Sequence record: MK972709.1
Strand: one strand, 5' to 3'
From: Salmonella phage SE20
DNA length: 24,000 bases
Below are positions 8,059 through 15,609 of the stretch, in pieces. Numbering within the stretch: position 1 is the first letter of the stretch; the number at the start of each line of letters is the position of its first letter. The translations under genes were made by a program, and so were the position numbers. A model generated the notes under the pieces. It worked only from the letters and a program-made list of their open reading frames with translations, searched no databases and was not told the DNA's origin.

Positions 8059-8249
8059 GTGATAAAATTGTTGTAATTAAAACTACTGTTACCGTTGATA
8101 CTTTCTTTGTGCCTGATACGCTGGAAAATCGGCAAGCGGTGGAGCGTGGCGATTATGATAAAGTGATTTATGATAACGATGGTTACTATCAACATTTGGT
8201 AGACTCCTACGGCGAAAGCGAAAAGATCACACATCGACTACCAGACTAA
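8055..8249 (+). CDS. hypothetical acidic small protein
   Basis: 64 aa, ATGA overlap, followed by terminator. Confidence 0.65.
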   Translation: MSDKIVVIKTTVTVDTFFVPDTLENRQAVERGDYDKVIYDNDGYYQHLVDSYGESEKITHRLPD

Positions 8250-8255
8250 TAATAA

Positions 8256-8284
8256 CGGGGCGCAACTATCGGCCCCGCTTTTTC
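8256..8284 (+). terminator. rho-independent terminator of plus-strand operon
   Basis: CGGGGC...GCCCCG followed by CTTTTTC. Confidence 0.8.
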
Positions 8285-8334
8285 TGGCCTTCCTCAAATT
8301 TCCCCTTATTAAAATACCTCCTCCAAAATTAAAT

Positions 8335-8364
8335 CGCTTAGAATGAGTTACAGAGCGTTTTAGA
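8335..8364 (+). repeat. 30-bp direct repeat, copy 2
   Basis: CGCTTAGAATGAGTTACAGAGCGTTTTAGA. Confidence 0.85.
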
Positions 8365-8394
8365 GCTATATTAGAGTTATTCACTACGCAGTAA

Positions 8395-8414
8395 TACTGT
8401 ATAAATATACAGTA
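8395..8414. promoter_or_regulatory. near-consensus LexA SOS box
   Basis: TACTGTATAAATATACAGTA, one mismatch to TACTGTATATATATACAGTA. Confidence 0.65.
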
Positions 8415-8486
8415 GAATAACCTGTTGATAAGTCTGTTGATAACGCCTCAAAATCACTAGGATTTTGTCAAGTCAGATCGTGCTGT
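8397..8486 (-). repeat. long inverted repeat, right arm (partner 4551..4640)
   Basis: See 4551..4640. Confidence 0.8.
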
Positions 8487-8504
8487 TAATAAACCTGTGG
8501 ATAA
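8423..8504 (-). promoter_or_regulatory. reverse-oriented DnaA-type boxes
   Basis: TGTTGATAA at 8423-8431 and 8435-8443; perfect TGTGGATAA at 8496-8504. Confidence 0.55.
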
Positions 8505-8575
8505 CTTAAATAACAGTGTTTCTCACTTCGCTTTCTAAATGCAAATCATTCTCATTATGCGACTCATTCGTATTC

Positions 8576-8721
8576 CGGTAGTCAAATGATAACTGTTCTC
8601 ATTCGCATTCAACTTCTCAAATGATAACTGTTCTCATTCGCATTCAACTTCTCAAATGCGAATCATTATCATTCGCATTCAACTTCTCAAATGCGAATCA
8701 TTCTCATTATCATTCGCATTT
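8576..8721 (+). repeat. 35-bp-period minisatellite, about 4 units
   Basis: AACTTCTCAAATG(ATAACTG/CGAATCA)TTMTCATTCGCATTC starting at 8611, 8646 and 8681, with degenerate unit before 8611. Confidence 0.9.
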
Positions 8722-8752
8722 CGGCAGGCAGGGCAATTTGCCCTGCGCTTTT

Positions 8753-9352
8753 GTGCAAATCCGACATTTGCCCCCACGGATTACGTGCCAGCGTGCATGT
8801 GCGAATCCGACAATTTTTGGTAGTGTGCAAATCCGATGGCAAATATTTTTATAGTGTGCGAATCCGACAATGAATTTTCCTAAAAACTCTAGCAATCCGC
8901 AACTGCGATGCAATCCAGCTGGATTTACTAGAATATGTGCAAAACCGACAAGTGTTAAGGTGTGCGAATCCGACAAGATTTTTGTGACTTCGATTGGAGG
9001 GTGTGTGATTGTGTGGGTTTGGGGAGAAGTGCGAATCCGATGAGATTTTGGGAGTAACTACGGAAGGAGCAGCGGTGATGGTGCTTTAGCACCGGTTTGC
9101 TGCGTTTTTGGGGATAATGCGGGATGTTTTGGCTAGAATTGAGATTGGGGGAGATAAAGCGAAATTTTATTAGCAAAATGGGGCAAAATAGCTTGACAAG
9201 TGAAAATTCCTGTGGCTCTAAAAACTCAGGCAATCATGGGCCTTCGGCCCGAAATAATGCTGCTATTTTCAGTGTTCCTAAAAACTTTGGAGACTCCTAT
9301 CAATGTGCAAATCCGACCATAAATTTCTAGAAATGTAATGTGCAAATCCTAC
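8753..9352 (+). repeat. dispersed GTGCRAATCCGAY repeat family, nine copies
   Basis: Copies at about 8753, 8799, 8825, 8856, 8937, 8962, 9029, 9305 and 9340. Confidence 0.85.
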
Positions 9353-9852
9353 AGTAAAATCCAGAAATGTGTTTTCAAAAAATGACTCCTAGAAATAACC
9401 GCCCTCCCTATAACCGCCCTGTATTAACCGCCTATTGCTAGAGTTTCTAGGAACAATGAAAACCGCCTGAGTTGACGAGAGTTTTCCTAGAAACTTAGGA
9501 GTCTAGAGGAAAGTGTTGTGCCATCCTAGCAGATGAGCGGGAACCGGTGTATCATCTTGAACGTTAATTTATCTATTCAACAGTATTAGTTTTTATATAA
9601 GTATAAGATCCCCAGGGTTCTCATATAGAGCTTTGCCCCCACCAGAAGGTCTCGTGATGTTTCTAGTAATCTTTATTAAATTACCTGTTGACTTGTCCTG
9701 TCGCTCCGTAACCTACGCTACAAGTCAGTAATTTAAGATTCCTGAACCACCACACCTTCTGTGTGGCAACTCTAAATGGTTAATTTTATTAACTCATAGA
9801 GTTATGATAACATACATTTAGTTATCTGTCAACGAGAGTTTGTATTTGAGTC

Positions 9853-9884
9853 TCGGTACAGGTATTGTGCACCGAGACTTGCAG
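9853..9884. other. strong hairpin downstream of 9889..10770
   Basis: AGTCTCGGT ... ACCGAGACT, 9-bp perfect stem, 13-nt loop; lacks clear U-tract on either strand. Confidence 0.6.
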
Positions 9885-9888
9885 GATC

Positions 9889-10770
9889 TTACAGTAACTC
9901 TTGGTATGCTTTTTGATACGCCTCAGTGTTAGTAGGTGTATCTTTTGCTAATGCAATTAGTTCATCTGTGATCTGAATATTCGTGTTATAACGTGCATGG
10001 AACTCGTCAGGAATTTCTAGATACTTATTTATGAATGCTGCAGCAAGCGGTGTAACCAACCCAATGTCTAGAGACAACTTAACTTGTTTTTCATAGACTA
10101 AATATTGAGATTCGGATGGGGTTGGGGGAGTTACATCAATTTTCTCCGGTTCTTCTGGAAGAAGTGGATTATTATATAATGCTTCATCTGGAATTGCAGA
10201 TTTACGCTCTTTAAATATATAAGTTTCTAGATCAGATGCTTTAGATCCTGAGTATACAGCAAAGATGCTAGCTTTGCCTTGTGATGCTCTAACTGGTAGG
10301 TAACTAGTAGGGTAGCTTCTTAATGCATCATGGAATGGGCTTCCTGAATATTTGTACGTATCTCCATAAAGATCATCAATATTCATTCGTTCATCTTCAA
10401 AGATATGGAATGATTTAAATGGTGGGAGGGTGAAGTATTCCATCTGTAATCCATAAACTAAGAAACGATGTGCATACGCACTGATTTTTAAGACTGTGAA
10501 TGCTTTTTCACCTTCTTTATAAGAGTTACCTTTTGAAGTAACTTGATAACGTTTGCAGAACATCTCTACTAGACGTTTCTCATTAATACTAAGAGTGGAA
10601 TATAGGCGTCCACTTAATCCTATAAGTGCATCGAACATAAATGCTAGTTTATCTTTTTCTTCCTGTGTTAGTTCAGGAAAAGGTAATATTTTAGCACTAG
10701 GAATATTATTGTTCTCTTTAGCTTTTCCTTTACCAGCATTTTGTCTTAGTTTATCTTTAAAGTTATACAT
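9889..10770 (-). CDS. hypothetical T5-like early protein
   Basis: 293-aa ORF, last gene of leftward operon. Confidence 0.85.
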   Translation of the reverse strand: MYNFKDKLRQNAGKGKAKENNNIPSAKILPFPELTQEEKDKLAFMFDALIGLSGRLYSTLSINEKRLVEMFCKRYQVTSKGNSYKEGEKAFTVLKISAYAHRFLVYGLQMEYFTLPPFKSFHIFEDERMNIDDLYGDTYKYSGSPFHDALRSYPTSYLPVRASQGKASIFAVYSGSKASDLETYIFKERKSAIPDEALYNNPLLPEEPEKIDVTPPTPSESQYLVYEKQVKLSLDIGLVTPLAAAFINKYLEIPDEFHARYNTNIQITDELIALAKDTPTNTEAYQKAYQELL

Positions 10771-10846
10771 TAGTTATATCTCGTTTTTAAGGTCATTGTG
10801 ACCTCCTTTTTATTTTAGAGCCTCCGTAGAGGCTCATGCTTTATTA

Positions 10847-11197
10847 CTAGATATCACAGGCTTGATCACCTGTAAATTTTTTAACTGGTCTTTCTTTTAA
10901 TGTTATGACTCTATCTATAGCGGGATCTAATTTAATCCATATTAGATTTAGTTGAGCAACAATATGAGACATGTTTCTAGCTGTGAAAGGTATATCTTTT
11001 GGCAGCCTAAATACTAGCTCTTTGAGATCATTCATTAAATGACCATCAGCAAAGAATAAATACGCTAGCCTTTCCACACGTTCATATTCATCCTCCTTAA
11101 TTTCAAAGATCCCAATAGTTTCTTCGTTATTAAAAGACTTTTCATTGAGAAAAGCCACCTTGCAGTGGCCTATAGTAAATTCAGTAACTAGTTCCAT
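10847..11197 (-). CDS. hypothetical protein
   Basis: 116 aa, 1-nt overlap with neighbour. Confidence 0.75.
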   Translation of the reverse strand: MELVTEFTIGHCKVAFLNEKSFNNEETIGIFEIKEDEYERVERLAYLFFADGHLMNDLKELVFRLPKDIPFTARNMSHIVAQLNLIWIKLDPAIDRVITLKERPVKKFTGDQACDI

Positions 11198-11802
11198 TAA
11201 TTAAAACCATTACTATTAGTCAGATCAACAAGAGCTTCCATAACTGCATCAGCAAAGCTCTCATTTCTACTAGATGGTGTACTCAGATGAATGGTGTATG
11301 AGTTCCTAGAAACTCCGGAGTCTTCCTGTGCTCCGCGATCTTTTGCAAAGCTCATCATTGTAACGCCAGCTTTATTCCACTCGTCTACACTAGATGCTTC
11401 CCCAAACTTATATGATTGCGTATTACTTACCACGCCACCACACGGAACATTGTGCATATCCGACATTAATCTTTTATCAGAATTAGTTAGTGCAGTAATA
11501 TGCCAAGGGTCATTACGAGGAATAGTTGTAGTACTCGGGCGGTTCACTTCAGTCTTCACGAGTTTGTATCCTGCATCGATCAGTGCATTAATCAGATTAT
11601 CAGCCGGGATGCGAGCTGTGCCAAAGATCTTACGAGCATTCATGAGCTTAGCCTGAAACTCTTTGCAAGCCTGAAGATCAATGTGCAAAAACGACAGTTG
11701 CATAGATTTAAACTGTACTGTAGCAGTCAGATCTTTAAAGCTATAATCCCATGTGTCGAGTTCATGATCTGCAACTACTTTAATGGTTTGTTGTGTAAAC
11801 AT
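11197..11802 (-). CDS. hypothetical protein
   Basis: 201 aa, coupled to both neighbours. Confidence 0.8.
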   Translation of the reverse strand: MFTQQTIKVVADHELDTWDYSFKDLTATVQFKSMQLSFLHIDLQACKEFQAKLMNARKIFGTARIPADNLINALIDAGYKLVKTEVNRPSTTTIPRNDPWHITALTNSDKRLMSDMHNVPCGGVVSNTQSYKFGEASSVDEWNKAGVTMMSFAKDRGAQEDSGVSRNSYTIHLSTPSSRNESFADAVMEALVDLTNSNGFN

Positions 11803-11987
11803 TATCTATTCTCCAGTTTATCTAACAGCTTACGAGCTGCGATATTATGTTGTTTAATTTCTCGGTTAAGAATCTCATTCTCACTAGTTAATTCTAGATT
11901 CTTAGTATTGAGGCGGCTGCACACAATTATCAAGCCTAAGATGGTTAAGAGTGAGCCGCCTAGTAATACAAGAAGTAATGTTTCCAT
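11802..11987 (-). CDS. small N-terminal membrane-anchored protein
   Basis: 61 aa, METLLLVLLGGSLLTILGLIIVCSRLN-. Confidence 0.7.
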   Translation of the reverse strand: METLLLVLLGGSLLTILGLIIVCSRLNTKNLELTSENEILNREIKQHNIAARKLLDKLENR

Positions 11988-12220
11988 TATTTGATTCCCG
12001 TGTACTGTTTAAGATATACGATAAAGTCTTCCGCTTTATGTTCTAGGCTACCTTGAGCCACGAATAACTTGAGAGCTTCACGTTGTAGTTTAAAACCAGC
12101 TATTTCACCATGTAACTTTGCTAGATCTGCTGCTAGTTCTCTAGCTCTACGCATAATAGCAAAAGATACGAGTATTACGATGAATAATATAACTACTAAG
12201 ATACTTACTATAATTTCCAT
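11987..12220 (-). CDS. small N-terminal membrane-anchored protein
   Basis: 77 aa, MEIIVSILVVILFIVILVSFAIMRR-. Confidence 0.7.
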   Translation of the reverse strand: MEIIVSILVVILFIVILVSFAIMRRARELAADLAKLHGEIAGFKLQREALKLFVAQGSLEHKAEDFIVYLKQYTGIK

Positions 12221-12221
12221 A

Positions 12222-12506
12222 TTAACCCCAGATTAACATCCAACTCTTATCAAAGGTGGCTGCTCTATTAATTACTTCACGCATAGAGATACTATTATTT
12301 TCTACAGCTTCTATTACAAACTCATGCCCAAAAGAATCTAGTAAATATTCTTTACCATCAATTTTTACCTTAAATAATGTAGGAACTAATGGGGGACTAT
12401 TTGGGTAAGGATTTGTATCTATAAAGACTTCATGCCTTCCCCACGTCGTCTTGAACAGTTTGTGGGAGAGTAGAGCTAAGGGGTTTGACCAGACTACGTA
12501 CTCCAT
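12222..12506 (-). CDS. hypothetical protein
   Basis: 94-aa ORF in operon. Confidence 0.65.
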   Translation of the reverse strand: MEYVVWSNPLALLSHKLFKTTWGRHEVFIDTNPYPNSPPLVPTLFKVKIDGKEYLLDSFGHEFVIEAVENNSISMREVINRAATFDKSWMLIWG

Positions 12507-12948
12507 CTTTCTTTAACTCCTGTTTTAACTTTTGATCTTTATTATACCAAATTATGTGCTCACCGTCAACTACAAATTTGTGGAAAGGTGCTGGTACGGT
12601 GTACACTCCATATTCTGTTAAGCGTGTCACAACTTTATGTGCGCATAATCTGCAACCGTGTCCCTCTAAATGGGACCGTGCAGTTTGTAAGAAGTAACCA
12701 TCGTGATCTGGGCAATAGATCTCAACCTGCTGTTGCATAGTTCTATACTTAACTCTTTCATATCCAAAGAACTTACCATGTGCTTCTACAGCTCTCCTAA
12801 TAAAAATAAGATTAAGTGCATCTTGCTGAAAATCTGGATGAAGTTGTTTGAGCTTAGTTCTATTAATAGATCCATCTGATTTAGTGAATCTATTTATGGG
12901 GAATTGTAATGCTTCCTCATAAAGTAATTCGTTTATTTTATCTCTCAT
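12430..12948 (-). CDS. treble-clef zinc-finger protein resembling domains of phage homing-endonuclease-type proteins
   Basis: Motif AxxxHGxxxGYxxVxY...VEIYCPDHDGYFLQTARSHLEGHGCRLC. Start at MRDKINE preferred; the track's extension to 12972 is a TTG lying in the upstream hairpin. Confidence 0.65.
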   Translation of the reverse strand: MRDKINELLYEEALQFPINRFTKSDGSINRTKLKQLHPDFQQDALNLIFIRRAVEAHGKFFGYERVKYRTMQQQVEIYCPDHDGYFLQTARSHLEGHGCRLCAHKVVTRLTEYGVYTVPAPFHKFVVDGEHIIWYNKDQKLKQELKKDGVRSLVKPLSSTLPQTVQDDVGKA

Positions 12949-12960
12949 AGTATACACGAA

Positions 12961-12986
12961 AGGCCAGAACAATTAAGTCCTGGCCT
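12961..12986 (-). terminator. possible terminator or attenuator
   Basis: AGGCCAG...CTGGCCT 7-bp stem, weak T-tract on minus strand. Confidence 0.4.
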
Positions 12987-12992
12987 CTAGGA

Positions 12993-13376
12993 TTAGTGAA
13001 GTTGCTTGCCGTTTAAGGCCATATCAGCAGTTTCCAGAAGAGATTCGGTAATCTCACGAGAAACTAGATATTCATCAATTGAGTGGCGGCGTTTATAGGC
13101 ATAAGCATTAACAATCAGATCTAGAGCACCAAGAACATCATGAACAGTTACTTCTTCATTATTATCTAGCTCTTCTTGTGTAATCTCAATTAACTGGCCA
13201 ACTGCCATTAAAAGCCCAAGAATATCTGCTGTTTCACCTGCCACCAGCGGATTAGCACATCCTACTGTAAGATCGAAAGCATGATTGACAATTGACTGTC
13301 CATCAACGCTTCCTTCCTCAATCTGCTTCTCCAACTGCTTCATCTGCTCTAGCACTGGATTTTTCTTTTGTGTCAT
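12993..13376 (-). CDS. hypothetical acidic protein
   Basis: Preferred ATG at 13376 (MTQKKNPVLEQ...) with AGGAAA upstream, shorter than the track start at 13442. Confidence 0.7.
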   Translation of the reverse strand: MTQKKNPVLEQMKQLEKQIEEGSVDGQSIVNHAFDLTVGCANPLVAGETADILGLLMAVGQLIEITQEELDNNEEVTVHDVLGALDLIVNAYAYKRRHSIDEYLVSREITESLLETADMALNGKQLH

Positions 13377-13785
13377 GGTAAAGATTTCCTGTATCAGTTG
13401 GAAGGAATGCCGATTGTGCCTTCGGCGGATGTTGTTTAGCAATCCAGTTGAGGATCAGTACACGGCTAGGGACGATATCGGTATTATACCAGAAGTCATG
13501 AACCCAATGTCGTGCATCTTCGAACTTACCGAACTTATATGCTTTCTTAAACAGTTCAAAACCAAAACAGTCAGGTGCAAAATCTACATCACGATAAGGA
13601 ATTACCTTAGAACCAGTGAGATCTTGAATCGCTGCGTTAATCTCTGTATGCGAGAACTTCGTTTCATGGAAAGTATTAAAGAAGCGGTAATTAAAACGTC
13701 CGTTTGTTTCGACAAACAACTGGATGAATAAATCATTAAATTGGCCATCAAACCAGTAATTCTGTAATCTTTGCAGTGCTGTCAT
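13318..13785 (-). CDS. hypothetical protein
   Basis: 155 aa, overlaps start of downstream gene. Confidence 0.75.
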   Translation of the reverse strand: MTALQRLQNYWFDGQFNDLFIQLFVETNGRFNYRFFNTFHETKFSHTEINAAIQDLTGSKVIPYRDVDFAPDCFGFELFKKAYKFGKFEDARHWVHDFWYNTDIVPSRVLILNWIAKQHPPKAQSAFLPTDTGNLYHDTKEKSSARADEAVGEAD

Positions 13786-13982
13786 TTACTAACTCCATTT
13801 ATTGCTGCTATAACGCCTTCATACATGAAAGGAAGAACTTGTGAAATGTGGAAATCTTGGACTGTCCAACCAGCTTCTTGATACATAATGTTAATGATTG
13901 CACAACTTAACATAAAAGCTGGTAGAATTATAAAATACTCCCAAATGGATTGGGAGAGCTTGGAACTAAGAAGTCTTAGCAT
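13782..13982 (-). CDS. small membrane protein
   Basis: 66 aa, hydrophobic segment; ATGA overlap. Confidence 0.65.
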   Translation of the reverse strand: MLRLLSSKLSQSIWEYFIILPAFMLSCAIINIMYQEAGWTVQDFHISQVLPFMYEGVIAAINGVSK

Positions 13983-14085
13983 TGTTTTTAAGTCTCCGTA
14001 TTACTTTGGCCTGCTCAACGATTATGAAAACGGCAACCACTAAACCGAAGATTAAGATTGCCGTAACAGTTGTTAAATCAATCAA
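13966..14085 (-). CDS. 39-aa membrane protein, TTG start (not in supplied track)
   Basis: MIDLTTVTAILIFGLVVAVFIIVEQAKVIRRLKNNAKTS; TTG overlaps upstream TGA (TTGA), fills the only gap in the operon. Confidence 0.55.
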   Translation of the reverse strand: MIDLTTVTAILIFGLVVAVFIIVEQAKVIRRLKNNAKTS

Positions 14086-14414
14086 GGCAGACGCCAAATG
14101 TAATGGGCTGTCCAAAGTGTTTCTGGTTCATCGTCATGATGCATCACTAGGGACTCTGGAGAATAACTATTAGCCAGTTCTTTACGAACCATCTCACGTT
14201 CTTCACCAGTTTCAATATTTTTAACAATCACTTTCATATTAAGAGGAGTTAGCTCAGAAAGTGGTCGCCATAAGTCTTCCAGATCTGTTTTAGTTTTATT
14301 CTGGATGGATTGCAAGACTTCTAGTGTCTGAGGATCTACATTAATAGACCCACGTTCAGTAACAAAACCTAGAAACTCGTCCAGCAGGGTTAATTCACTA
14401 AAATTAAGCTTCAT
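14082..14414 (-). CDS. hypothetical protein
   Basis: 110-aa ORF, operon context. Confidence 0.75.
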   Translation of the reverse strand: MKLNFSELTLLDEFLGFVTERGSINVDPQTLEVLQSIQNKTKTDLEDLWRPLSELTPLNMKVIVKNIETGEEREMVRKELANSYSPESLVMHHDDEPETLWTAHYIWRLP

Positions 14415-14649
14415 CTTTCAGAATATCCTCGATCATGTCAGAAGATTGCTGTAGTTCGTCTACAATGCGTTTAACGTCAGTTTTCGTCACTTTACCGGCC
14501 AACATCGTGAACAGCATTGCAACGATGATGATAGGAACTGGCAGAACAAACAGTGCTACTTTACCAACGTTCTTCGGGGTCCAGGTATGATACTTAGTAA
14601 CCAGAACACCAACAATAACCAGATAAAAAGCTAAGATAATTAACATCAT
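14404..14649 (-). CDS. small two-TM protein
   Basis: 81 aa, two hydrophobic segments. Confidence 0.7.
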   Translation of the reverse strand: MMLIILAFYLVIVGVLVTKYHTWTPKNVGKVALFVLPVPIIIVAMLFTMLAGKVTKTDVKRIVDELQQSSDMIEDILKDEA

Positions 14650-14927
14650 TTCTTAATCTCCGTGATTACCTGAGCGCGCAGGACTTTAATAGGAAGTTTA
14701 GTGTTACCAACAAGAGTTTCAATATTCATTAGCTTTTCTTTAAGGAGATCTGAACGTCTTTGGGCTAATTCGATATCTTCTTCCTGTTCGACAAGGCGTT
14801 TAACTAGCCCATCATTGGTGAGGCGCATCCTCTCCATATTTTTATTAGCATTAAGAATGCCAATGATTCCACCAATTGCTGCTAAAGTCGTGAGAACCAG
14901 CAATCCAATTAAAATTTCTGTAATCAT
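14646..14927 (-). CDS. membrane-anchored coiled-coil-like protein
   Basis: 93 aa, N-terminal TM, charged helix. Confidence 0.7.
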   Translation of the reverse strand: MITEILIGLLVLTTLAAIGGIIGILNANKNMERMRLTNDGLVKRLVEQEEDIELAQRRSDLLKEKLMNIETLVGNTKLPIKVLRAQVITEIKK

Positions 14928-15340
14928 TAATCCGTTACTCCATTACTACATTTAATGTAGGGGCTTATAGTTTCATAAAACTTAATTTTTACTAAGGAGG
15001 AATCATTCATTTTACAGAATCTTTTACCCTCTTCAATTTGAAGCTTGACTTCAATTGAGTCTTCCATTTTGTAGGCATCTACTACTTCAACCCCAGAATA
15101 TTTCGATAACGCTTCATCTAATTCTATTTGTTTAAGTGCAACGTTTGCTTCTGCGAGCACTCTATTACGTTCCGCTATTGCTTGTACTTCAGGACTAGCA
15201 TAAACGTATACTTCTTTAGTTACTGGTTTTGGTAAATCTGCATCTCTTTGACTAAGCATATAGCCCGTCGTGCCCATCGAAATACAGAGTGAAACTAGGG
15301 CACCAAGCCCTAGTGAATAGAAGAATTGGCTGTAAGTCAT
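14927..15340 (-). CDS. membrane-anchored hypothetical protein
   Basis: 137 aa, N-terminal TM. Confidence 0.75.
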   Translation of the reverse strand: MTYSQFFYSLGLGALVSLCISMGTTGYMLSQRDADLPKPVTKEVYVYASPEVQAIAERNRVLAEANVALKQIELDEALSKYSGVEVVDAYKMEDSIEVKLQIEEGKRFCKMNDSSLVKIKFYETISPYIKCSNGVTD

Positions 15341-15609
15341 TATTTCTTACCTTTTAGTTGCTTAACTTCACGCTCAAAAGATGCTGCACGACGTTCGGCA
15401 GTTGCTTGATGCTCTTTCGCAAAACGTGCTTCCTGTTTTGCGAGGTTGAATGCCATAGCATTCTTGTTCAGAGAATCGTACATCTTTTTCATTGCCGGAA
15501 TAGACATCTTCATGAGCTGACCTTCAAAACCCTGCATATCGAGGAGAATTGCCAGAACGTTAGCCATTTCAGTTTTAGTCATGTTTTCCATTAGAATTTC
15601 CTCTCTCAT
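15340..15609 (-). CDS. hypothetical charged protein, first gene of operon
   Basis: 89 aa; preceded by GAGAGAGGAAA and PN25-like promoter. The shorter start MENMTKTE is also possible. Confidence 0.75.
   Translation of the reverse strand: MREEILMENMTKTEMANVLAILLDMQGFEGQLMKMSIPAMKKMYDSLNKNAMAFNLAKQEARFAKEHQATAERRAASFEREVKQLKGKK

Noticed and set aside
7645-8234. Minus-strand ORFs 7645..7980 and 7902..8234
   Set aside because: Antisense across several coupled plus-strand ORFs.
8621-9330. ORFs 8621..8854, 8691..8873, 8710..8976, 8955..9233, 9124..9330
   Set aside because: Translations of the repeat arrays (repeated VQIRH/CKSD-like strings); no RBS and low-complexity composition.
8576-9352. CRISPR array
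   Set aside because: Repeats are short or irregularly spaced, the 35-bp units are adjacent without spacers, and no cas genes are present.
9600-9888. Possible tRNA or structured RNA from hairpins (CCACCACACCTTCTGTGTGG, AGTCTCGGT...ACCGAGACT)
   Set aside because: No cloverleaf, T-loop (GTTCRA) or CCA-end pattern could be assembled by eye; tRNAscan and Infernal would be needed.
11291-11994. Plus-strand ORFs 11291..11656 and 11500..11994
   Set aside because: Antisense to the well-packed minus-strand operon.
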